Shown: positions 1-8,269 of the stretch, in pieces | How the letters are laid out: each line of letters begins with the position of its first letter | Numbering within the stretch: position 1 is the stretch's first letter | Virus record (IMG/VR): IMGVR_UViG_3300006805_000037 | Coordinates: 1 to 54,956 of that record | Strand: one strand, 5' to 3' | Length of the DNA: 54,956 nt | From: a virus | Lineage: Duplodnaviria > Caudoviricetes | Made by a program: the position numbers and the translations under genes | The notes under the pieces: model-generated | The model's input: the letters and a program-made list of their open reading frames with translations, nothing else | What the model was told of the DNA's origin: nothing | Databases searched by the model: none

Positions 1-552
1 AAACATGAGAACGTTCTGGTGTTCTCGCAAGGGACTACGGTTCACGAAAGCCAAAGCGCAATGCTGATGAACTTCTATCCGCAAGGAGTTCGCCAGCATG
101 AAGTCAATCTTCGCGCGAATAATAGCAGGCGGGCAAGCAATACCGTGATGGGCAAGCGGCCTTCGCATGAAGCCGACTTCAAGGTGAGCGCCGCCGGGTA
201 TCCTTCTTCAATGCTGAAGTTTGCGCGTGAGAAGAAGCTAGAGCATCCGACCCAGAAGCCGGTCGATATGTTCGCGTACCTCATTCGCTCCTATACGAAG
301 CCCGGCGATACTGTGATGGACTTTTGCATGGGCAGCGGAACGACTGCAGTCGCCGCACTCAGCACTGGCCGCTCATTCGTTGGCGTTGAAAAGGACCCCG
401 CGTATTTCGCGATAGCTGAGCGCCGGGTCCGTGAGGCGGCCGGGGGCTTCTTCGGCGGCGGCGTCAAGGTCAATACCGGGCTTGCCCCCATTTCGGCCGA
501 CCGGGTGTTCCGCCGGGCCGGTTCCAGCCGGGTCCCCCGGAACGGCCGCTAA
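1..552 (+). CDS. DNA N6-adenine/N4-cytosine methyltransferase (5' truncated by window edge)
   Basis: Frame is open from base 1 (KHENVLVF). Contains HPTQKP, the SAM-binding motif DFCMGSGTT and GRSFVGVEKD, typical of the beta-class N6/N4 MTase C-terminus. Confidence 0.9.
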   Translation, partial: KHENVLVFSQGTTVHESQSAMLMNFYPQGVRQHEVNLRANNSRRASNTVMGKRPSHEADFKVSAAGYPSSMLKFAREKKLEHPTQKPVDMFAYLIRSYTKPGDTVMDFCMGSGTTAVAALSTGRSFVGVEKDPAYFAIAERRVREAAGGFFGGGVKVNTGLAPISADRVFRRAGSSRVPRNGR

Positions 553-562
553 CCCGGCCCCG

Positions 563-660
563 GAACCCCCGCCCGGCGGCCCAGAAACCGGGTCTACGCT
601 CGTTCCCGGCCCCGGCCGGTATCTCTGCCGCCCCGAAAGGCCGTAGGGCCTTCCCTGAGG
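563..660. repeat. Dispersed intergenic element, copy A
   Basis: Core CGGCCCAGAAACCGGGTCTACGCTCGTT at 577-604, then GGCCGGTATCTCTGCCGCCC, which is shared with copy D. Confidence 0.8.
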
Positions 661-671
661 CCCCGGAACGC

Positions 672-699
672 GAAAGGCCCCGGCGGGAACCGGGGCCTC
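672..699 (-). terminator. Probable intrinsic terminator between convergent genes
   Basis: Stem AGGCCCCGG/CCGGGGCCT, followed on the minus strand by TTCGCGTT. Confidence 0.5.
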
Positions 700-723
700 G
701 GGCTGCAACCAAAAGCGGCATTA

Positions 724-810
724 TCAGATAGCGCAACCTACAGCGAAGCCGACCGCCATGGCTAGGAAGCCGTTCACGGCCGCAAGGGTGAGCGCGCGTT
801 TGATGCTCAT
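724..810 (-). CDS. Small hydrophobic peptide (28 aa), absent from the ORF track
   Basis: MSIKRALTLAAVNGFLAMAVGFAVGCAI. Its ATG overlaps the TGA of the upstream gene (ATGA at 807-810). Confidence 0.5.
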   Translation of the reverse strand: MSIKRALTLAAVNGFLAMAVGFAVGCAI

Positions 811-1067
811 AGTTTTACTTCCTCACAATCGCCGGGGGCCAGTGACCAGATGCAAAAGTCGCCCCAGCTTGGACTCGCGTATCTGTAGTCGCGAACGTGA
901 TAGATGCGCCCGCCGCCGTTCGCCGGGCCGCCGTTGCGGTCAGTATGACTATCGACAATGAAGGTCATCCCTTCGCGGCCGTCCATGACGCGCCCAACAT
1001 GCTCGCCTTGAGCGGTCAGCTTAACGACCTTCACTTCAAATCTCAGTTCAGGTTCTTTTTCAGACAT
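807..1067 (-). CDS. Hypothetical phage protein
   Basis: Member of a tightly packed minus-strand cluster of small genes. Confidence 0.6.
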   Translation of the reverse strand: MSEKEPELRFEVKVVKLTAQGEHVGRVMDGREGMTFIVDSHTDRNGGPANGGGRIYHVRDYRYASPSWGDFCIWSLAPGDCEEVKL

Positions 1068-1264
1068 CGCAGTATGAACCCCTCAACGGTTTCGCCTATG
1101 AACATCCGCGTTTTCAAACGCGCTTCGAATTCGTCGTCCAACTCAACGGTGTACGTTCCATCTTCGTTGCGCTGGCTGTTCTCGCCTTCAAGCTTGTCGC
1201 CGCGCCCTTCGGTGAATTCCCTGAGCGCGGCCCATGCGTCGGCGGATATGCGATGCTCACCCAT
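1043..1264 (-). CDS. Hypothetical phage protein
   Basis: Likely start is MGEHRIS at 1264, which avoids a long overlap with the neighbour. Confidence 0.55.
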   Translation of the reverse strand: MGEHRISADAWAALREFTEGRGDKLEGENSQRNEDGTYTVELDDEFEARLKTRMFIGETVEGFILRCLKKNLN

Positions 1265-1463
1265 AGGCTTCGCCTTTCCCCGGAATGCCTTCGGCCTTGT
1301 TCTCAATCGACGCCGCCAGAAGTTCGAACTCACCGGCCAAGCATCGAAGCTTGAAGCGGACTCGCCACTCGGGCGTGCCGTCAAGGCGCTCAGCATCCGT
1401 TTCGAATTCAGATGCCAAGCGCCTCAGCTTGCTAACCAGCGACCGCTTGCCGGTCATCTTCAT
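1257..1463 (-). CDS. Hypothetical phage protein
   Basis: Likely start is MKMTGK at 1463, just after the upstream stop at 1468. Confidence 0.55.
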   Translation of the reverse strand: MKMTGKRSLVSKLRRLASEFETDAERLDGTPEWRVRFKLRCLAGEFELLAASIENKAEGIPGKGEAYG

Positions 1464-1467
1464 GGGC

Positions 1468-1680
1468 TTAACCTTTCGCATCGTTCTTATGTTCGGCAAC
1501 GTAAGCGTCGGCAAGCTTCGCCATGCGGGTGAGTTCTTCAATGGCTGAACGCTGCCCTTGCGCGTTGCCATCGCGCAAGATGACCAGATAGGTAGGAAGG
1601 ATTTCTTCCCAAGTCGGCGTCATGTCAATGAAGCCGACCAGCTTCTTGACGTTCTCAATTGGTTTGCTTGGGGTCGTCAT
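1468..1680 (-). CDS. Hypothetical phage protein
   Basis: ATGA coupling with the upstream gene, AAGGAAAG RBS, natural amino-acid composition. Confidence 0.65.
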   Translation of the reverse strand: MTTPSKPIENVKKLVGFIDMTPTWEEILPTYLVILRDGNAQGQRSAIEELTRMAKLADAYVAEHKNDAKG

Positions 1681-1928
1681 GACTTTCCTTTCGTGAGTTC
1701 GAAGTCTTCAAGAACCATCTTGGCGGCGTTGAATGCGAGCGGGCCGACTCTGTAGCCGTACAAAGAACCGTCAGCCGTTCGGAAGTACCAGCGAACCGGC
1801 GGAACGCCATCTTCCGGTTCGTTGGTGAAACACCAAAGCGTACCGGCGGGCTTGCCGTCATTCTCAACGGCAACGCGGAACACCGGCGAACCTTTGACCT
1901 GAGGAATTGCGGTAAGCGTAAGCATCAT
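1677..1928 (-). CDS. Hypothetical phage protein
   Basis: Start MMLTLT at 1928 overlaps the upstream stop (ATGA). Confidence 0.6.
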   Translation of the reverse strand: MMLTLTAIPQVKGSPVFRVAVENDGKPAGTLWCFTNEPEDGVPPVRWYFRTADGSLYGYRVGPLAFNAAKMVLEDFELTKGKS

Positions 1929-2182
1929 TTTGTCTCTAGCGTTGCGGTCAGGCGACCAAACTCGCCTTCCCATGCTGGCGTATGGTCCCATAGCGCGAAC
2001 TTCGGCTGACCCAGATGCATGAAGCCGGTTGCTATCATGCTTTCCGGCGGAATGACATCAGCAACGTACCGGCGGCGCTTCTGGTAGGTGATACCGTTGA
2101 ACCGAATGAGATAGGTTGCGGTTCGCTTCCCCGCGCCGGGGCCGATACCGCCGCGCTTGCCGTAGCTGGTTTCCTTAGCCAT
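1925..2182 (-). CDS. Hypothetical phage protein
   Basis: Packed gene cluster with an RBS-like GGAAAGAG upstream. Confidence 0.6.
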   Translation of the reverse strand: MAKETSYGKRGGIGPGAGKRTATYLIRFNGITYQKRRRYVADVIPPESMIATGFMHLGQPKFALWDHTPAWEGEFGRLTATLETK

Positions 2183-2363
2183 CAGCCGACTCTTTCCAAA
2201 CTATGCAAGCAACTTCGATTGTGACCACTTCACCTAACGCTAGGCGACCCATGACGAAAGCAACAGCCTCAAGTTCGCTTCCGAACTCGTGCCTGACAAG
2301 CCGCGACCGCCAGTCACGGCGAACCCCTTCAAGTAAAGTCAGGCTTTCCAGCGTTCTAGGCAT
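2175..2363 (-). CDS. Hypothetical phage protein
   Basis: TGATG coupling with the upstream gene and GAAGGAAGGA RBS. Confidence 0.55.
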   Translation of the reverse strand: MPRTLESLTLLEGVRRDWRSRLVRHEFGSELEAVAFVMGRLALGEVVTIEVACIVWKESADG

Positions 2364-2821
2364 CAGTGCGTTCCTTCCTTCACGTCACCGCAATGGCGGC
2401 AAGCAATGACCGGCCAAGTCTCGCCGGTAGGTTCGCCATCGTCATCTATTTCGTCTTCCTCATACAGCCGATAGTCATGCTCAGCGCATGACCAGCAACC
2501 GGAGTGGCCGTCGAACTTCTGCAAGTACGCCGGGCCGTTCTCGGGGTCGCCGTCCGGGTAGCGCATCTTCGTCACCGGCTTGCCGCGCTCAGCGAGAATG
2601 ATAGCGCGGATGCGCATCGCCTGTTCGGTTGAGTTGACCGCATCTTGGTCACAAAACAGGTCGGCCATGTTCGCAACGACTTCATAACCCAAGTCGCGCT
2701 CGCAGCGGGCGAGAACTTCCCGGCAAGCCATAACCTTGAGCGTGAAGCCTTTCGGGCGCTTCGACCTGCTTGGCGTTCCATAGGGGCGCGTCATGGGCTG
2801 AGGTTCCTGTTTCGGATACAT
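2363..2821 (-). CDS. Hypothetical protein with C-terminal CxxC...CxxC zinc ribbon
   Basis: CWSC and CRHC pairs. Confidence 0.6.
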   Translation of the reverse strand: MYPKQEPQPMTRPYGTPSRSKRPKGFTLKVMACREVLARCERDLGYEVVANMADLFCDQDAVNSTEQAMRIRAIILAERGKPVTKMRYPDGDPENGPAYLQKFDGHSGCWSCAEHDYRLYEEDEIDDDGEPTGETWPVIACRHCGDVKEGTH

Positions 2822-2833
2822 ACGATGGTCGTT

Positions 2834-3028
2834 TTACGCGGCAAGAGCGCGCGCGGCGAATACCATGTTCTTGATGACCGTGCTGCGGCGCTGAATGTAG
2901 CCGACTTCAGTGAGCGCGATGCACTCGTCGGCGGTGAAGCACTCTATCATTTCGCTGGCGGTATAGCGCGTCACGTATTCGCTACGGTTGCCTTCAGTGA
3001 CCAAGAGATAAATGATGCCTTCAACCAT
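2834..3028 (-). CDS. Hypothetical phage protein, first gene after the CtrA-box promoter
   Basis: GGAG RBS ahead of ATG 3028. Confidence 0.55.
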   Translation of the reverse strand: MVEGIIYLLVTEGNRSEYVTRYTASEMIECFTADECIALTEVGYIQRRSTVIKNMVFAARALAA

Positions 3029-3082
3029 TGGAAAAACTCCGGGGGGTTTCAAGTGCGATTGTCCAAACCTACCGCCCAGAAG

Positions 3083-3098
3083 TTAACAAGTGGTTAAC
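3083..3098. promoter_or_regulatory. CtrA-type full binding site TTAA-N7-TTAAC
   Basis: TTAA CAAGTGG TTAAC. On the minus strand it is followed 11 nt later by a -10-like TAGGTT. Confidence 0.65.
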
Positions 3099-3564
3099 GC
3101 CATCTTTTGCCAGTCCGTATGTAACTGATGGTTGCCGTACTGACGCCAAGCTGGCGGGCGAGCGCGGCCCCTGACAGTTTTGAGCGCCTGACCATCGCGG
3201 CTTGCTTAGCCGTCAGCTTTGCCCACGGACTTCTCTCGCCCCTTGAATGCGTACCGTCTCTAACTCGGTCGGCTGAGTTTTGTTTCGGCGTTTTCCAGCT
3301 TAGATGCTTTGGGGCAATGCAACCTTTTGTAGCGTTACGGCAAGAGTGGCAAGCCATATGCTTAGAAGTCGGCGGCGGCCCGTTGATGGCTTCACAGACG
3401 ACGCGATGCACATTAACTGACTTGCCGCCGGTTCTTCTATTGGCGTAGCCCGGCCCGCTAAATGCGAAAGGCCACAATAGGCATTGCGTGCCTTTGTAGC
3501 TCAACGCCTTCTCAAAGAAGACCCGCGTCTCACCGTACTTAGCTTTTCTGCGCTTATGTTTCAT
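3094..3564 (-). CDS. HNH homing endonuclease with C-terminal HTH
   Basis: CLLWP..GY...VHRVVC...ACHSC...CIAPKHLSWKTPKQN, then GERSPWAKLT and an HTH tail. Confidence 0.9.
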   Translation of the reverse strand: MKHKRRKAKYGETRVFFEKALSYKGTQCLLWPFAFSGPGYANRRTGGKSVNVHRVVCEAINGPPPTSKHMACHSCRNATKGCIAPKHLSWKTPKQNSADRVRDGTHSRGERSPWAKLTAKQAAMVRRSKLSGAALARQLGVSTATISYIRTGKRWR

Positions 3565-3570
3565 CTGAAC

Positions 3571-3628
3571 ATCGTAACGCGCGAATAGTTAACAAAGTGT
3601 TAACGGCAAGATCTTAAATTTAGTTAAC
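3571..3628 (-). promoter_or_regulatory. CtrA-type site TTAA-N7-TTAAC plus an adjacent N6-spaced site and probable leaderless promoter
   Basis: TTAA CAAAGTG TTAAC at 3589-3604 and TTAA-N6-TTAAC at 3614-3628. A minus-strand TACGAT (3576-3571) lies 6 nt before the HNH ATG. Confidence 0.6.
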
Positions 3629-3639
3629 AGGACAAGGTA

Positions 3640-3713
3640 GGGGCCGGGATGGCATCACAACACCCCGGCCCCCGAACGCGCACGCAAACCCCCCAAGAAC
3701 AAGCCGCGTGCGC
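3640..3713 (-). terminator. Two GC-rich hairpins after the last late-operon gene
   Basis: Inverted repeats GGGGCCGGG/CCCGGCCCC and CGCGCACGC/GCGTGCGCG; no long U-tract. Confidence 0.4.
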
Positions 3714-3726
3714 GAACTTGTTGCAG

Positions 3727-4131
3727 TCAGGTTCCGATAATGAAATTCAAGTCACCGGCAAGAAAGGCTACGTTCTGCCCGATGGCCACGCTGTACGGGC
3801 CGCCGGGCAGCGCCTTCGCTGCTAGCATGTTTCCAGACGTGCTTGCGTCAAACACAGCAGCATGGCTGAAGTCAACAGCGCCAGCGCTTGCGCCAAAGTC
3901 AGCATCGGCATCGGAAACAAGTTCGTTGTCCGTATCGTTTTCGGCCAGCGCCGCCCATGTGATAGCGAGTCGGCCACCGGCAGCAATGTCAGTCGTAACC
4001 TCAGTGCCAGCGCCACGCGGGTCGCCGTCAAACAAAGCGAGGTAGACGTCGGCCGGTGCGGTTGGCATATCGTTACCGGCAAGCCAGCGGGCGATTTTGT
4101 TTCCCAGATATTTGGTCAGGTCAGAAGCCAT
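3727..4131 (-). CDS. Virion structural (tail-associated) protein
   Basis: VYLALFDGDP..AGTEV and SHAAVFDASTSGNML pattern, common in small tail-fibre-associated phage proteins. Confidence 0.7.
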   Translation of the reverse strand: MASDLTKYLGNKIARWLAGNDMPTAPADVYLALFDGDPRGAGTEVTTDIAAGGRLAITWAALAENDTDNELVSDADADFGASAGAVDFSHAAVFDASTSGNMLAAKALPGGPYSVAIGQNVAFLAGDLNFIIGT

Positions 4132-4143
4132 GTCTTGTTTCTC

Positions 4144-4599
4144 CTATTTGGAAGGCAGCGGGAACGGGGGCAGCAGGTCGGATAGAACAACAAAAGCGAA
4201 CGCGAAGCCGATTGAGCATAGCCAATACTTGTGGCCCCAGCTTGACGGCGTGAAAAGGTAAATGCATCTCACGAACGCTAAAATAAGCATCGCAGCCGCG
4301 ATAGAAAAAAGCGTGGCTATCCAGTCATTCAGATAGTCAGGTAGCATCTGCCTGTCATTCTGAACGCGGAACAAAACCCAGACATTGAACGAGCGCAGCG
4401 CCTCAGCAGAGAACAACCACCATAGCGCGCACGAAACCATCACCCCCGGCTCTTGCGTCCAGCCCTTGCCCACGTCCCACCAAACAAGCGTCAAGTGAAT
4501 GCTTATAGCGATGGCCAAGCATGCAGACAAAGGAAACAACGCGGCATTGAAGTGCTCGCGGGCAACCAAGTGGAAGTGCAAGAAGTCAATGCCCTGCAT
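4144..4599 (-). CDS. Multi-pass membrane protein in the lysis region
   Basis: About four hydrophobic segments. Start MQGID follows GGAAGGA. Confidence 0.6.
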   Translation of the reverse strand: MQGIDFLHFHLVAREHFNAALFPLSACLAIAISIHLTLVWWDVGKGWTQEPGVMVSCALWWLFSAEALRSFNVWVLFRVQNDRQMLPDYLNDWIATLFSIAAAMLILAFVRCIYLFTPSSWGHKYWLCSIGFAFAFVVLSDLLPPFPLPSK

Positions 4600-4846
4600 G
4601 CGTTCGGTCCTTCCTGATTGACATTTCAAATTCTGAAAAGCTTTTAGTTCGCATCTTGGCTTGCTCAAGAGCGCCGCGCAAGCGTTGATTGCTGTGCCTT
4701 CGGTCGGCGACGGCGGTCGTCACTTCTTCAACGACCTTTCTGTGGTCTTGAAGTGCTTTCTCTATTGACGCGTCAATCAAGTCATCAACAGACGCGTCCC
4801 TTGCAATGCCCAAACTTTTCAAAAGAGTACGCATGAGAAAACCCAT
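4586..4846 (-). CDS. Hypothetical coiled-coil protein in the lysis region
   Basis: Packed between two membrane-protein genes. Confidence 0.55.
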   Translation of the reverse strand: MGFLMRTLLKSLGIARDASVDDLIDASIEKALQDHRKVVEEVTTAVADRRHSNQRLRGALEQAKMRTKSFSEFEMSIRKDRTHAGH

Positions 4847-4850
4847 TGTG

Positions 4851-5369
4851 TTAAGCCTTCCGGCGCTGCCTGTTGATTTTCGCTTTGAGTTCGCCAAGGG
4901 AGCGGTCAACATTGACTATTGTGTTTCTGGTGTCAGTCGAAACGCCAATCATGGCGCGCATGGCTTCGCTGATTGCGTTAACGACCAAATTCATTCTCGA
5001 ATTGTCGTCAATCAAACGCTCGTAGTGCATCCTTATGCGCTCGCTCAACGCGTCGAACGCAGACGCCTGCTTTGAAACAACGTCAGCTAGCTCTTCGGTT
5101 ATCTCGTTGCGTTCCTTCGTCTCGGCCAGCATGGCGTAAAGCGCCGTCTTGCTGTCATTCAATGCGGCATTGAGAACGTCACGCTCAGCCAATCTGTAGC
5201 CGTAGACCTTGTTTGAGTGCTTCCACAGCAAAGCTATGACAGCAGATAGAACCGTGATGACGCCCATTAGGACAATAATGATGGCACCAGCGACGCCCAT
5301 TCCTTTGAGGGTTTCCCCCACAAAAATGGTGTCGCCAGCGCCTAGCAGCGTGATCCCCAGCATTGCCAT
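4851..5369 (-). CDS. Membrane protein with coiled coil, holin candidate
   Basis: N-terminal TM segment(s) GVAGAIIIVLMGVITVLSAVIALLW, basic C-terminus, downstream of the spanins. Confidence 0.55.
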   Translation of the reverse strand: MAMLGITLLGAGDTIFVGETLKGMGVAGAIIIVLMGVITVLSAVIALLWKHSNKVYGYRLAERDVLNAALNDSKTALYAMLAETKERNEITEELADVVSKQASAFDALSERIRMHYERLIDDNSRMNLVVNAISEAMRAMIGVSTDTRNTIVNVDRSLGELKAKINRQRRKA

Positions 5370-5388
5370 CACAGCTACACCTTTCCAG

Positions 5389-5568
5389 TTACTTCCAGCA
5401 GCCCTGCGCGCGGCCGAAATTGTTGTGCTTGAGCGCCTGAGCCTTGGTGCTTTCTGCGTCATGGCGTGACGGCTTGAATTTCTCCCAGCCGTCGCACCCC
5501 CAGCCTGCGCAGTCCGTCAGTAGCGTGAGCGCGAGAAGCGCCGCCAGTGTTGTGATTGCCCTAGTCAA
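5389..5568 (-). CDS. o-spanin (Rz1-like lipoprotein), absent from the ORF track
   Basis: TTG start after AAGGGG. Sequence MTRAITTLAALLALTLLTD|CAGWGC...HNNFGRAQGCWK has a lipobox-like Cys20 and overlaps the end of the i-spanin candidate. Confidence 0.7.
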   Translation of the reverse strand: MTRAITTLAALLALTLLTDCAGWGCDGWEKFKPSRHDAESTKAQALKHNNFGRAQGCWK

Positions 5569-5896
5569 TGAAGTCCCCTTTCTTATCGAGTTCGGCGTCG
5601 ACTTCTGAAGGCTTCATGTTGTCGACGCGCCGGTTGACATCAAGGCGGTTGCTGATTGCCTTGTCTCGCTTCTCTTTATCGGCAAGCCGCGCGTTCGCGG
5701 CTCCCCTGTTTCTGCCCGCAATGTACGCGGTGAATGCGGCGGCAATGGCGAGAATTGCCACCTTGACCGGCTTGGGCAGCAAGGCCCAGACCGGCGCAAG
5801 ATACGGGTACACGAACCCTAGGGCCACGGCCGCCGCTATGACGTAGCCCCACCACGGGATGTTATCGACCACGGCATTCCAGACTATCTGCAACAT
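5561..5896 (-). CDS. i-spanin-like membrane protein
   Basis: TM segments followed by a charged helical tail; lies between the endolysin and the lipoprotein gene. Confidence 0.6.
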   Translation of the reverse strand: MLQIVWNAVVDNIPWWGYVIAAAVALGFVYPYLAPVWALLPKPVKVAILAIAAAFTAYIAGRNRGAANARLADKEKRDKAISNRLDVNRRVDNMKPSEVDAELDKKGDFID

Positions 5897-5905
5897 GGCA
5901 GCCTC

Positions 5906-7006
5906 CTAGTTCAGCTTGCCGGTCTGATAGTCGGCAAGCGTTGCGTTGTCGGCCTTATTCGTCTGACGCCAGATGAAGAAACCGGCGATGGCGAAAAGCG
6001 CCAGCCATGCCCAGCCCGGCACAGTGTCGGTGTATTCCTTCACAATGCTGGCGTATGGCGAGATGCTGTTGTACGCGTCAGGTATCATGCTGACAGCGCC
6101 CCACACCATGCCGCCGATAGCGGAAGGGATGGCCATGATTTTGCCAATGAGCCGATTGCCCTTGTTTGCTTTGACCGACTCGACCTTCGGCGCAATGTCA
6201 GCGACAGTGGCGTATGCCCGCGCCGGGGCAATGGGGCGGATGAAGCCTGAAGCCTTGCGGCGCTTCGCGTAGTCGAGAAGTGTTTCGTAGGTCGTGTACT
6301 TCTCAAGGTGCGAGTCCGTGAGGAAGGCGGCGATGCCAGCCTGCGTCTTGCCGCCATCGTAGCCGTCAGCCTCGCCCGTTTCGAAGTACCCCATGTCAAG
6401 AAGAACTTTTTGCAGTTCTTCAAGGACTGGGTTCTTCTCTTTTTCCTGTGGAAGCGGGACGACATTGATGGCTGCCGTACCGGCTTTCGTCGGCGGCGGG
6501 TTCTTCGGCTTGCGGCCGCCATTGTCCATGCACTCGAAATGCATCAGGTCCTTGCGGCCGGAATAGAAACCGCCCCACATCATGCCCTGACGCACGAAAG
6601 CGTCAATGGCTTCTTGCGGCATCTGACCTTTGGTCGCGCCAAGCGGGTTCTTGCTGGCGTTCAGATCGATTGCCGCACCGAACGAATGGTTTGACCAGTT
6701 CGTATCGGACCCGCGAATGAGCCGATGCTCGTAGGCCCCGTTGTATTCGTTGAGACCTGACTTATCAATCAAGTCTTGGTTCTGATTGAAGGCTAGCCAG
6801 ATTTCCGCGAATGCAGCGTTGAACGCGGCGGCGCACTTCTTATGCACGCGAATGCGCGTCACCTGGACCCGGCCCTTCTGTGGGTCAGGATAGAACATCT
6901 TCCACGGCGGATAGATATAGACAAGCTGAGGCTCAACTTCCCCCCGCGCCGGGTCGCCGTAGAATGCCTTGAGTTCAGCCTGATTGTTTCTGGGCCATTT
7001 GGTCAT
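5906..7006 (-). CDS. Endolysin, M15-family peptidase with peptidoglycan-binding domain and C-terminal hydrophobic helices
   Basis: SNHSFGAAIDLN and DLMHFE zinc motifs; PG-binding-like LQKVLLDMGY..G.ADG..G.KT. Confidence 0.88.
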   Translation of the reverse strand: MTKWPRNNQAELKAFYGDPARGEVEPQLVYIYPPWKMFYPDPQKGRVQVTRIRVHKKCAAAFNAAFAEIWLAFNQNQDLIDKSGLNEYNGAYEHRLIRGSDTNWSNHSFGAAIDLNASKNPLGATKGQMPQEAIDAFVRQGMMWGGFYSGRKDLMHFECMDNGGRKPKNPPPTKAGTAAINVVPLPQEKEKNPVLEELQKVLLDMGYFETGEADGYDGGKTQAGIAAFLTDSHLEKYTTYETLLDYAKRRKASGFIRPIAPARAYATVADIAPKVESVKANKGNRLIGKIMAIPSAIGGMVWGAVSMIPDAYNSISPYASIVKEYTDTVPGWAWLALFAIAGFFIWRQTNKADNATLADYQTGKLN

Positions 7007-7010
7007 CTTG

Positions 7011-8258
7011 TTACCTTCCTGTTGCTATAATGAGAGTCTGCACGGTGGCCGGTAGCTCGTTTAGGTTGGCCGTAAATTCAGCTTCGTCCAAGAAGCTGGC
7101 CGTTGGATTGATTGGAGCACCAGCTAGCGTAACAAGTACAGCAAGCACGGACTCGTCGACGAAGCTTGCCGCCGGGTTGACATCGCCGCCAGTGATAGTC
7201 ACGGTAAGCCCGAATGCGGACTCGTCCAGAAAGCTTGCGGAAGGCGAAATCACAGGCAGGGTTATGGTTGGGCTAGCCGCAAAAACGCTTTCGTCAGCTA
7301 ATGAGGACGTAAGGTTCAAGTCAGGAACCCCGCCGCCGGTCGCTATGTTGAACATCACTTCCATGATGCGCTTATCGAAAATAGTCCCGCTTACGGCTAT
7401 CAATTGATAGAAGGTGTACGCGGTTGAATTCGTCAGCGCATGATATGAGCCGCCATCGTTGTCGTCCTGACGAACAGAACTCATATTGAAGCTGGACTTC
7501 AGCGTATCCCATGACAAGCCGTCAGCCGAACCCTGCCAGTCCCAGACCCCCATGGCCTGTGACGCCGCGTCGAGCCACTGCATGAACGCGTAGTCGATTG
7601 TGACCGGCTCGGGGAATTCGAACCTCAAATACTTTCCAGCGCTACTGCCTTCGAATGGGAAGCGCGGGGACGAGCCGTCAAGCGTCGACCCGTTTATCAT
7701 ATCGCTGGCAGTGCCGCTGAACGTCATGTTCGTGGTCAGAACAATCAATCCGTCGCGGTCGCCGCTTTCCAATTCGTTGCTGGTTATGCTGAAGTCGATA
7801 CGCCTCATCGGAGCGGTAGTCGTATCGCCGCCGCCGGTTCCTAGGAAGCGGTAAAATTCATACTCAATCGAATTGCTGAATGATGCTTCCAGATAGTAGT
7901 CGCCGCCACCAAGCGATACATGCGTGACGCCTGTATTCGTCGGGGCTTCAACGAATGAATGCAGCGTGTCCCAGCTTGAGCCGTCATGGGACCCTTCGAA
8001 GGACCACTGCCCGCTCGTGGTGCTCGTTCCACCGTTCCAGTACCAACGGAAGCCGTCGATTACGCGAGCACGGCCGCGCAACTCGAATGTAATGTCCGCA
8101 CCGCTGATAGCCTGACCGGCATTGAACGCGCAGGCTTCCGACCCTGCCCCGGCCGTGAGAACCTTGACCGACCCTGAGCCGAAGGTGAGCGAGGACGTGA
8201 CGTGAAACAGCCCGTCCTTCGTTCCTACGAAATTATAAGCAACGGTGTCCGTTGTCAT
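7011..8258 (-). CDS. Tail protein with tandem discoidin/galactose-binding-like domains
   Basis: Two copies of W.(F/W).GS.DG.SWDTL...Y.FY, and four C-terminal (S/A)S(F/L)xDE(S/A) repeats. Confidence 0.7.
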   Translation of the reverse strand: MTTDTVAYNFVGTKDGLFHVTSSLTFGSGSVKVLTAGAGSEACAFNAGQAISGADITFELRGRARVIDGFRWYWNGGTSTTSGQWSFEGSHDGSSWDTLHSFVEAPTNTGVTHVSLGGGDYYLEASFSNSIEYEFYRFLGTGGGDTTTAPMRRIDFSITSNELESGDRDGLIVLTTNMTFSGTASDMINGSTLDGSSPRFPFEGSSAGKYLRFEFPEPVTIDYAFMQWLDAASQAMGVWDWQGSADGLSWDTLKSSFNMSSVRQDDNDGGSYHALTNSTAYTFYQLIAVSGTIFDKRIMEVMFNIATGGGVPDLNLTSSLADESVFAASPTITLPVISPSASFLDESAFGLTVTITGGDVNPAASFVDESVLAVLVTLAGAPINPTASFLDEAEFTANLNELPATVQTLIIATGR

Positions 8259-8269
8259 TGCTCAGCGCC

